A stretch of 50,328 nt of DNA, taken from the IMG/VR virus record IMGVR_UViG_3300037200_000052, positions 1 through 50,328 of that record, one strand, 5' to 3'. Positions 1-7,586 of the stretch are shown in pieces. This DNA is from a virus. Taxonomy: Duplodnaviria > Caudoviricetes. Below the pieces are notes generated by a model. That model ran no database searches, had not been told where the DNA came from, and saw only the letters and a list, made by a program, of their open reading frames with translations. Every line of letters begins with the position of its first letter. Positions within the stretch are counted from its first letter, which is position 1. The translations under genes and the position numbers were made by a program.

Positions 1-122
1 TTTCTTCGGCGCGTCGCTGTAACGCCTCTTCTTTGGAGCCAAGTTCGCCCATCCCTAGCGCCCTAGCCGCTCCCATCCTCAACTCTTCTTCCGTGGCTGT
101 GGCGGAACCGTATGACCCAAAG
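1..122. repeat. Terminal direct repeat, copy 1 (circular assembly overlap)
   Basis: Bases 1-122 are identical to 50207-50328, and an ORF reads in frame across the junction. Confidence 0.95.
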
Positions 123-379
123 TGTGCCGCGCTCCGTCTCTCCGCCTCGATTGCCTTGGCCATATCCAAGTCTTGTCTGGCCTGTGATCTCAGAAGCTCT
201 CTGTCCGCCATCCTTTGATCGGTACTTCTGGCTTCAAGCGCGTCAGAGTAAGCCCGTGCCTGATCGGTTGCCCTCCAATTTTCTAATTGATCTTGGAGCC
301 ATTTCTTGTCAGCAGCTTCTCTGGCCTTGAAACCAGAGTCGTCAAACGTACTGCCGATGTTGATGTTCATGTCAGGCAT
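1..379 (-). CDS. Tape-measure-like protein, 5' part (continues across the origin to 48195)
   Basis: ATG at 379 (MPDMNINIGSTFDDSGFKA...) reads open into the terminal repeat, in frame with ORF 48195..50288. The joined product is 796 aa. Confidence 0.7.
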   Translation of the reverse strand, partial: MPDMNINIGSTFDDSGFKAREAADKKWLQDQLENWRATDQARAYSDALEARSTDQRMADRELLRSQARQDLDMAKAIEAERRSAAHFGSYGSATATEEELRMGAARALGMGELGSKEEALQRRAEE

Positions 380-683
380 AGGAATCCATCCCTTGTCTCA
401 GGCTCTCCTCGCTGATGTCGCAGGTGGCCGTGTCTATTTGGAGTTGCCAGTCGGAAAGAAGCGATTCGCGGTCTGACTGAAAGAGTGGACCGGCATCGCG
501 CTCGGTGACTCCGAACAGCGCATCTCCAACAATGCCCTTTTCGGCTAGGACGAAACGGCAGGATGCTCGGCGGAGGTCGGCGATTCGGCAGGCGGCTTCG
601 ATGATAACCGCTTCAATACGCCCGGCAGCAAGTGCGGCTCCGTTGCCGCCAGCATTATCAGATCGTGATCGTTCCGGTTGCAT
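372..683 (-). CDS. Putative tail assembly chaperone, downstream (T-like) ORF
   Basis: Lies directly upstream of the tape-measure gene and overlaps 545..1042 in its -1 frame. AAGGAGGT precedes the ATG. Confidence 0.45.
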   Translation of the reverse strand: MQPERSRSDNAGGNGAALAAGRIEAVIIEAACRIADLRRASCRFVLAEKGIVGDALFGVTERDAGPLFQSDRESLLSDWQLQIDTATCDISEESLRQGMDSYA

Positions 684-1042
684 TGTTCGATGACCTCCTT
701 GGCATCATCCTCGCCCATCTTACCCGTGAGAAGTAGTTTGAGCAACTCCCGTCGATGAACATCCGACCGTTTTCTCAATTCGGCAAGTGTATCAATCGTT
801 TTGATGACCTGATCGGCGGACAATGATGAAAGAACCGGGGGTTGATCGGGCTGGCCTTTGGCCGGGACATCAACCGGTATGCCCTGTAACGCGCATTGCT
901 GGCTGGCGCAATATCCCTGGATACGGGCAATGCATTCCTGAAGGCGTTTGATCTCGTCGTCCTGTGGATGCAGGGTGATGACCCGCACCTGTACGGTCTT
1001 GCCGGTGGACAATGGCACCTGCTCGTATCGCGCTTCGGGCAT
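545..1042 (-). CDS. Putative tail assembly chaperone (G-like)
   Basis: 165 aa; called from its position between the tail tube candidate and the tape measure gene. Confidence 0.5.
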   Translation of the reverse strand: MPEARYEQVPLSTGKTVQVRVITLHPQDDEIKRLQECIARIQGYCASQQCALQGIPVDVPAKGQPDQPPVLSSLSADQVIKTIDTLAELRKRSDVHRRELLKLLLTGKMGEDDAKEVIEQCNRNDHDLIMLAATEPHLLPGVLKRLSSKPPAESPTSAEHPAVSS

Positions 1043-1051
1043 GATGATGGC

Positions 1052-1216
1052 CTATTTTGAGGGCAGGAAATCCAAGTAGAGACGGTAGCCCTTGATCGCA
1101 TGAACCTTGAACCGAACACCGTTGATTTCCAACTCTTCGCCTTCGGAGAATTGGGAGATCGGGTGCTTGGACTGCTCGGGCTTATTCGCATCCTGCTTTG
1201 GTGTTTCATCTGGCAT
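1052..1216 (-). CDS. Small hypothetical protein (54 aa)
   Basis: MPDETPKQDANKPEQSK...LDFLPSK; GGAG upstream; fills the gap in the operon. Confidence 0.6.
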   Translation of the reverse strand: MPDETPKQDANKPEQSKHPISQFSEGEELEINGVRFKVHAIKGYRLYLDFLPSK

Positions 1217-1235
1217 GAGAATTCTCCGTTGAATG

Positions 1236-1649
1236 TTATCCGGCCTGTGTGATGGTCAAATCGCCATACCGGAAGTTGACCGAGATGGATTCGGGAGCCA
1301 TCGCGCCGCCCGGTACGTCTCCGCCGGGTTGAGCAAATACTACGCTGGTAAATGTGTGGGTCGAGTTGGTTGCACCGTTTCGGTTGTGTCCAACAACGAT
1401 TAGGGTGACCGAAGTGGTATCGGCCCCAGTTCCCTTGAGGGCCTGTGCCGTTGCCGGGTCCCGAAGATGAACGGTGCCATTGCCCCGATGCGGACCGCTC
1501 CATACCTCCGTGTCGGACGTGTCATCATCATAGCCCTCGCCGCTGAGTGTCGTCCCGTCGCGGAAATCCACCCGGACGATGCCGGTATAGGTCTGCGAAT
1601 TGTAGGTGAATGTCTTGATTCCTATAATGAATCCTGATGGGGCTGGCAT
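1236..1649 (-). CDS. Putative tail tube protein
   Basis: 137 aa, beta-rich and T/G-rich, GGAGG upstream; position after the neck genes. Confidence 0.55.
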   Translation of the reverse strand: MPAPSGFIIGIKTFTYNSQTYTGIVRVDFRDGTTLSGEGYDDDTSDTEVWSGPHRGNGTVHLRDPATAQALKGTGADTTSVTLIVVGHNRNGATNSTHTFTSVVFAQPGGDVPGGAMAPESISVNFRYGDLTITQAG

Positions 1650-1670
1650 GGTAGAATTCCTCCGTTGTGA

Positions 1671-2126
1671 TTAGTTCGGCACCCAAAATATCCTGACCGT
1701 CTGCGTGCCATTCGAGCTTACGCCGTGAAGGTTTCCAGAGGGGTCTGTTTGAAATCTTCCTTGGTAGCTTTCTCCCGGCCTGAGCATGTTCGGATAATTA
1801 GTAGTGTTCGCATAGGCTGCGTTTCCAAACAAAAACTGGCTCGTGCTGTTGGCGGAAGTCGTGTTGTCGATATGCAGTTGACCACCGTTGATTACCGGGT
1901 TTACCCCATAGACCGTATCCGTTGCTCCGGCGAAATTGAAGTTCTGAAGATTGACGTTCGCGTTGCTGGACACCTGCGAGAACGTGCTGGAGAGCGTCAC
2001 CTGCGCGCCGTTCGTGCTGTAGGACTCACTGAGACTATAGCTGGTGGTCTGTCCAAAAGACGAAATGGCCAACATCGCAACCGAGCATCCAACGGCAATA
2101 GATTTAAGAATTCGATTCACTGTCAT
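1671..2126 (-). CDS. Signal-peptide-bearing protein in the neck/tail module
   Basis: Likely start MTVNRILKSIAVGCSVAMLAISSFG|Q with AGGAG upstream; S/T/N-rich mature part. Confidence 0.7.
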   Translation of the reverse strand: MTVNRILKSIAVGCSVAMLAISSFGQTTSYSLSESYSTNGAQVTLSSTFSQVSSNANVNLQNFNFAGATDTVYGVNPVINGGQLHIDNTTSANSTSQFLFGNAAYANTTNYPNMLRPGESYQGRFQTDPSGNLHGVSSNGTQTVRIFWVPN

Positions 2127-2163
2127 TCTCCTAGTTGTGCGGCCATGTCTCATTCCAAGCTGC

Positions 2164-2667
2164 CTACCAGCCAATCCAAATGTTCACGTTGATGTTCACG
2201 GGTTGCAAATTCATCTCCCGAAATTCCACGTTGATTCGTTCCTGTGTCCTCGCCTGTATCGCATCGCATTCAGCCTTGGCTTCCGCGCTCACTCCGAAGA
2301 ACGGACGCGCTGCTGGCATCCGTGAAGTACCGAATTGCTGAAAGTGCGCCACCAGCTCATCTCCTTCGATGGCCACGAACGCCGAATCCTCTCCAAGCGA
2401 CCCGCTCATAATCGATTCTTCCAACTCCCCGAAGCGAAGCCTTGGGGTGCTCGGCGAGATAGCCCCAATCTTTTCCTTGCGACGGATCGTTGATGGGGCG
2501 AGTGGTATGGCCGGCATGACCGGGCTTCCAACCATTTCCGGTGTGGTAAGTTGTTCGCCTGCCTCAATCATGCCCCGGCAATCAAACTTGATTGCATCGG
2601 CCATCTCACGCACCATACGCGTCATCTGGGCGTGAACGGATTCGCGTAGGGTGTCGATATTGGGCAT
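2164..2667 (-). CDS. Tail completion / virion morphogenesis protein (HK97 gp10 / Mu gpG-like)
   Basis: Motifs PLAPSTIRRK and HFQQFGTSRMPAARPFFG. Confidence 0.75.
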   Translation of the reverse strand: MPNIDTLRESVHAQMTRMVREMADAIKFDCRGMIEAGEQLTTPEMVGSPVMPAIPLAPSTIRRKEKIGAISPSTPRLRFGELEESIMSGSLGEDSAFVAIEGDELVAHFQQFGTSRMPAARPFFGVSAEAKAECDAIQARTQERINVEFREMNLQPVNINVNIWIGW

Positions 2668-2670
2668 GGC

Positions 2671-3153
2671 CTAGTTGTCCCCCTCATCTGCCGATTGCGA
2701 CGGATCGATCAGGCTTTCCTCCCAAAGGACTGTGAAACACGGCATGATGGAACCACGCGATATTGCCGCCCATTCGGTAGGTGTCTTGGTGGCATACCAC
2801 CGGGCCAACTGACTGCCACCGGGCTGCTGCTCGTTCACCGCCGCCTTCACGAGCGCCTCCCCGATGAGCAGGTTGTCCTCCAAGGATTCCAGATCGGCAA
2901 TCGTCTGGGCGCTGTCTGGCTTGGCGTATATCAACAAAATTCCGTAGTGCCCGGCATGTTCGGCCACATCCTGAATCTGATCAAACTTCAGGGCGTCATC
3001 CGCCGTGAGAATGAATGCCGATGGTAAATCCACTGCACCAAGAATAGACGGGCTTGGCCATCCGCGAGACACTGTCTTGAATTGTCCGGTGCCCTGCACA
3101 AGTTGCTTGAGACCGACCGCAATCGTCTGCTTGATAGGATAGGTGGCCTGCAT
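2671..3153 (-). CDS. Putative tail terminator / neck protein
   Basis: 160 aa with a DLPSAFI motif; position after the head-tail adaptor. Confidence 0.5.
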   Translation of the reverse strand: MQATYPIKQTIAVGLKQLVQGTGQFKTVSRGWPSPSILGAVDLPSAFILTADDALKFDQIQDVAEHAGHYGILLIYAKPDSAQTIADLESLEDNLLIGEALVKAAVNEQQPGGSQLARWYATKTPTEWAAISRGSIMPCFTVLWEESLIDPSQSADEGDN

Positions 3154-3154
3154 G

Positions 3155-3754
3155 TCAGGTGTTCAAACTCCATGTCGTATAGTGGTCAAGCGTCTGCCTG
3201 CACTTGGGCGATATGTCCACGATCTTGTATTGCTCAGTGCCCGCCTCGGTGAATCGGTCGGTGAGTTTCCCAAGTCGCTTCAGTTCCGAGTAAATCCATA
3301 CCGCCTCCGATACAAGAGCCACGTACAAATCCCTCGGAAGATTGTCCACCGTCGCATATCCCGCCGTATAATTCACGAACACATTGGGACGGTCTGATCG
3401 GCAGAATGTTTGACCGCCATATAGGAACAGTTCCGAACCGCTGAAACCATACCCGCAAGAATTGACCAGATAGGCTCCATTCGCGTCCTGTGGACATGCC
3501 GCAATGGAGCAGTTGTTGACGGACAGGTATGTGACCGCCGTGATTGGTTGCTGGTTGATGACCAGCGCAACCCCACCGTTGCCTCGATATTGCTCTTGGT
3601 ATGTCCCCTGAAGGAATTGCTGCCCGCAGTATGTACGCGCAAGGTCAGAGACGTATCCAGCGAGTAGATTGACTTGTGTGTCAACGGTGTCGCCGGATAT
3701 CGTCCCCGCCAAAAGCGACCGAATATCGTTCGGATTTACAAGCAGCGATGCCAT
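3155..3754 (-). CDS. Head-tail connector / adaptor protein
   Basis: Motifs ARTYCGQQF, PITAVT and VFVNYTAGY...LPRDL; directly after the capsid gene. Confidence 0.8.
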   Translation of the reverse strand: MASLLVNPNDIRSLLAGTISGDTVDTQVNLLAGYVSDLARTYCGQQFLQGTYQEQYRGNGGVALVINQQPITAVTYLSVNNCSIAACPQDANGAYLVNSCGYGFSGSELFLYGGQTFCRSDRPNVFVNYTAGYATVDNLPRDLYVALVSEAVWIYSELKRLGKLTDRFTEAGTEQYKIVDISPKCRQTLDHYTTWSLNT

Positions 3755-3770
3755 TCATTCACACTTGCGC

Positions 3771-5702
3771 TTATTGCACGTTGGTTTGGGTGCCCATGGT
3801 AATCACAGGCTCGGCTGTCGTGGCCGGCGAGGTAGCGATGTTCTTGATGGCCGGGAACGCGGGCGGGAAATAGACCTCCGCCAGTTGTTCCGAGTACACG
3901 CCGTTCTCATAGCGCCGGGTGCGAATCGGCCATTGGAAAGCGTAGTAGTCACGGCGGGCGCGGACCTGCGCCAGATTGCCGACGTTGTTCATCGCGTAGG
4001 GCAGTGTCTCGGTCCAGCCCAGGGCATTACCCGGAGGTAGATAAGGGTGCACGATGATATCCACGGAACTCTGGAACGCGAAGAACGGATTGATGAGCTT
4101 CGGAATCTGGAATCCACCCACGATGCGATTGGTTTCTCCACCCTCATAACCCTCAATCATGCGGACCAGAGGAGCACCGCCATTCGCAACCACCAGGTTC
4201 TTGATCGCCTGTCCAACATCGGCGGAAACGTAGAACCGCTGTGGCCCGAACTTCCATTTGGTCCAGAGCGTATAGAACATGGTGTTGAACGTGGTGATTC
4301 CACCGGCGCCATCGGATGTCATCACGGCGCCGTCGAGCGAGGCGCTGTATCCGCCCGGGAAGGTGCCGGACTGCGAGACATTGTTTCCTTGGAAGAAGTT
4401 GTTGCCACCGGGCACGCTGGCCGGATTGATATATGCCGACAGGCTCCCGAGCGCCTGCGTCCAGATACCGTCGAACACGAGAATGTTGGCGCTGCGGTCG
4501 TTGTTCACGAGATCCGTGGGCAACCATGCCAAATTCGTATAGGTCAGCGCGCCGAGCACGCATGAATTTAGGTTGCTGTAACCGGCGAACTGATATTGTC
4601 CGGTTGAAGCTGTGGCCAAAAACCAGCAATAGGCATAGGCGTTCGGTATGCTCGTGCAGGATGCGGTAATGTATCCGCCCGTGCTGCTTGTGCCGGACGA
4701 ACTGGCGGCGCTCGCCTTGCTGCAACCGTTGTTATAAACGGTCGTGGTGCCGTCGAGATTCTGGCGCGTAATGGTCGCGGTGCCGGCAGCGCTCAGGAGC
4801 GATCCGCCCGTTGTCGCCAGAGAGGTGTTTCCCGTGGGATCGACAATGCGAGTCATATCCATGCTCAGGGCCACAACCTTTAGGTAATAGGTCGAGCCGT
4901 TGCCGAGAGTTCCACCGGTACCAGCGGGACTGGTCGTGGCCAGCGTGGCTGCCGCCGGCGCGCCGAGAGCAAAGCTGCCGTTATTGAGTTCGCTGGGCAA
5001 ACCGATGCCGCCCATGAGCAGCAACTCCTCCGAATACGTCAACGCCTGGATGGTCTGCAATACGGCGAGGGCCTTCACGTCCTGATAGCCCTGCGAGGCC
5101 GTGTCCATTTCAAACGTGACGTAGTTTTCCAAACCGATTGACCGGAATACCGCCGTCATGGCGAAATCGCGCTGACTGATCGCTCCGCCTCGTGTGCCTT
5201 CCGAAATGCCCACGCCGGTTGCGCCTTCGTTGATACTCACGACGGCGCGCCAGTTGGCAGCCGTCCCGGTGCCGGGGACGCGCGGGGTGCTGTTACGAAT
5301 CGGGCTGAATACCGGGTAGAGGAGCTTCATCGGCGCTTCGAGATCGTATTGGACCGGGCCAGTGACAGGCGATGTGGGTATGCCCCATGCCTTTGTTACA
5401 CCATCGGACGCCCGGAACATATCCAGCAATTCCAGATAAGCGCGGGCGGTGTTCACGTTCTGTCGAACCAGACGAAGCCCGGAGGCCACAACACTTTGCG
5501 CGCTCTGCGAGAAGTCACCCGAAACCTTGGTGAGGCCATGGGATTCCTCGGAGACGCGAGCCATTACTTCATCGTCCTTCATCTTGCGGATGGTAGAGTC
5601 GTCGGCTCGACCCCGGAGAGGCACGCGGCCCTTGGGAAGATTTCCAGAGGAAGCAATCAGGGCTTCGAGTCCGGCGTCAATCGTTTGGAATCGGGATTTC
5701 AT
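3771..5702 (-). CDS. Major capsid protein with an inserted Ig/FN3-like domain
   Basis: 643 aa after the protease gene. YDLEAPMKLLYPVFSPIRNSTPRV, IIVHPYLPPG and a RDYYAFQWP C-terminus; central T/G/A-rich insertion (GGTLGNGSTYYLKVVA). Confidence 0.85.
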   Translation of the reverse strand: MKSRFQTIDAGLEALIASSGNLPKGRVPLRGRADDSTIRKMKDDEVMARVSEESHGLTKVSGDFSQSAQSVVASGLRLVRQNVNTARAYLELLDMFRASDGVTKAWGIPTSPVTGPVQYDLEAPMKLLYPVFSPIRNSTPRVPGTGTAANWRAVVSINEGATGVGISEGTRGGAISQRDFAMTAVFRSIGLENYVTFEMDTASQGYQDVKALAVLQTIQALTYSEELLLMGGIGLPSELNNGSFALGAPAAATLATTSPAGTGGTLGNGSTYYLKVVALSMDMTRIVDPTGNTSLATTGGSLLSAAGTATITRQNLDGTTTVYNNGCSKASAASSSGTSSTGGYITASCTSIPNAYAYCWFLATASTGQYQFAGYSNLNSCVLGALTYTNLAWLPTDLVNNDRSANILVFDGIWTQALGSLSAYINPASVPGGNNFFQGNNVSQSGTFPGGYSASLDGAVMTSDGAGGITTFNTMFYTLWTKWKFGPQRFYVSADVGQAIKNLVVANGGAPLVRMIEGYEGGETNRIVGGFQIPKLINPFFAFQSSVDIIVHPYLPPGNALGWTETLPYAMNNVGNLAQVRARRDYYAFQWPIRTRRYENGVYSEQLAEVYFPPAFPAIKNIATSPATTAEPVITMGTQTNVQ

Positions 5703-5730
5703 AATCGGTATTCTCCTTGGTTAGGCAAAA

Positions 5731-7113
5731 TTAATTCATCGCCGCGAGCACCTTGGTCAACTGACCGTTGCCCTTGGAATCATCTTCCTTCTTCAAAAGT
5801 TCGGACACGATTTCCTCGCGCGGTCGATCCGGCATTTCCAGCATGAACTTGGTCAACAGCGACAGGCGTTTGACCATGCCGTCGAAGTCATCGGACAGTT
5901 TCTTGAAATCCTCGCCGGAGACTTCGGATTCGATTGTGTCGCCGGAAGACTTGGCGAGCGACAATTTGCCGAATGCGGCGGAGAACTTCGAGAACGCATC
6001 GCGCATCTTGGTCATTGCCGACTTCCGCATCTTGGCGGCGTTCTTGCGTTTTTCCTCGTCCTTGCCGTCGCCCTCTTCCTCGTCGGCGGCATCCATTTCC
6101 TTGCAGGCCATCTCCATGCAGTCAGCGGCCTTGGTGACCCCATCGACCGCCTTGCCGGCGTAAACCGCGCTGCTCTTTTGAACTTCCTGGATGGCGGCGA
6201 TAATGCGTTCGTTGGCTGCGCCCTGCTCCGTGGTCTGCCGATTGCCGGACTGAATTGCCTTGACGATGGCGTCGGCTAGATCGCCGTTGCCATTTGGCGC
6301 GGGATCAGCCTTTCTGCCGCCAATGCCCTTGGCAATCGTTTCGAGTTCCGTAAGTAACGTCTTATCGGAATCGCTCAGGTCGTCCGCCTTTCGGAGGTCA
6401 TCAATCTGTGATTGCAATTTCTTAACGGCATCAGCTTTCATAACTGTCTCCTTGGGGGGATGGTTTTCGGGAAAAGAAGAAGCCGAACCGCAAACACAAT
6501 GTTCTCGGTCGGCTCCGCAGGTTGCACACCCGGCTCGCGCTGTCTGTCTGTCGCCGGTTGACGGTAAATCCTTGTTGGTTGGAGAATTACTACCGGACTT
6601 GCGTATTGTCAACAGAAAATCTCCGAATTGTATTTCAGTCGATCCGTCGTCGGGATTCTCGGAAACCTTTCCGAAGGACAAAACGCACTCTGGATTGGCG
6701 GGCCGGTCAACGAGAGAAATCTCATTCAGCACGAGCCGAATGATCTCTTTTCCGGCCTTCAATACCTTGCGGCCACCGATGCTGAATCCCTTCAGTACAC
6801 CTTTCAGAACCTTGTCTTTCGAGTCCGGGTTGACCACGCGCGCCCTTATAAATAGGCCCTTATCATCGACATGGGCATCTTCAACCTTGCCGGCGGCGAT
6901 GTTGGAGTGCATCTCCCGGAGGTTGGCCCATTTCATGTAGTCAGGAAGAGCATCCTTGATCGCATCCAGCGTCACGATGTCCCCCTGATCGTCCAGTTTG
7001 TCGGTGGAAGCGTAGCCCTCCACGATGACATCGCCGTTGTCCTCAGTTGTACCGGTGAATTTGAAGAACCAGCCGAAAGATTTTTCTATGGTGACGGGTT
7101 TTGGGATACTCAT
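5731..7113 (-). CDS. HK97-family prohead protease with C-terminal scaffold-like region
   Basis: VEGYAST..D.QGD, LREMH, GFSIGG and EISLVDRPANP motifs; helical charged C-terminal half. Confidence 0.92.
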   Translation of the reverse strand: MSIPKPVTIEKSFGWFFKFTGTTEDNGDVIVEGYASTDKLDDQGDIVTLDAIKDALPDYMKWANLREMHSNIAAGKVEDAHVDDKGLFIRARVVNPDSKDKVLKGVLKGFSIGGRKVLKAGKEIIRLVLNEISLVDRPANPECVLSFGKVSENPDDGSTEIQFGDFLLTIRKSGSNSPTNKDLPSTGDRQTARAGCATCGADREHCVCGSASSFPENHPPKETVMKADAVKKLQSQIDDLRKADDLSDSDKTLLTELETIAKGIGGRKADPAPNGNGDLADAIVKAIQSGNRQTTEQGAANERIIAAIQEVQKSSAVYAGKAVDGVTKAADCMEMACKEMDAADEEEGDGKDEEKRKNAAKMRKSAMTKMRDAFSKFSAAFGKLSLAKSSGDTIESEVSGEDFKKLSDDFDGMVKRLSLLTKFMLEMPDRPREEIVSELLKKEDDSKGNGQLTKVLAAMN

Positions 7114-7586
7114 TGGACGGCTCCTGAAACGTTATCGACCTGCGTTGTCACGGTGATGGATGCGTTGGTTGATGCCTGTGGTTGCAGCACGAATCCCGGC
7201 GTTGCTGAGGCCGGCCAGTTGCTCACGCATCCGATAATCTCCCAAGGCCCGGCGGAATTGGTGATGCCCATGGCCGGAAATCCTATGCCATTTCCTAGAC
7301 ATATGTTTATCAACATGACGCCATTGCTCAGAATTCCAATGGTCGAGAAATTGGAGTAGATGCAGGACAGGCGCGTAGAAGAATAGAGGGATTGCTGTGC
7401 AATCGGTGTGAGTGCATTCACGGCATTGGTGGCCTGAACTGCAGTAAGTCCCAAATTGGTAAATACTGGCACGAGCCACGCAACGATCTGCGCCGTGTTG
7501 GTTGGAGTGAGGGCCGGGCATGGGTCGGATGCGAAGACAGGCATGGCCAGCAATGCGAGAAGAACGGATAGTTTAATTACGCGCAT
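7110..7586 (-). CDS. Signal-peptide-bearing protein in the head module
   Basis: MRVIKLSVLLALLAMPVFA|S with GGAGG upstream; its stop overlaps the protease start. Confidence 0.7.
   Translation of the reverse strand: MRVIKLSVLLALLAMPVFASDPCPALTPTNTAQIVAWLVPVFTNLGLTAVQATNAVNALTPIAQQSLYSSTRLSCIYSNFSTIGILSNGVMLINICLGNGIGFPAMGITNSAGPWEIIGCVSNWPASATPGFVLQPQASTNASITVTTQVDNVSGAVQ

Noticed and set aside
1-122. Terminal repeat as a biological DTR or att site
   Set aside because: It falls in the middle of the tape-measure ORF, which reads through it; this fits an assembler overlap of a circular or permuted genome.
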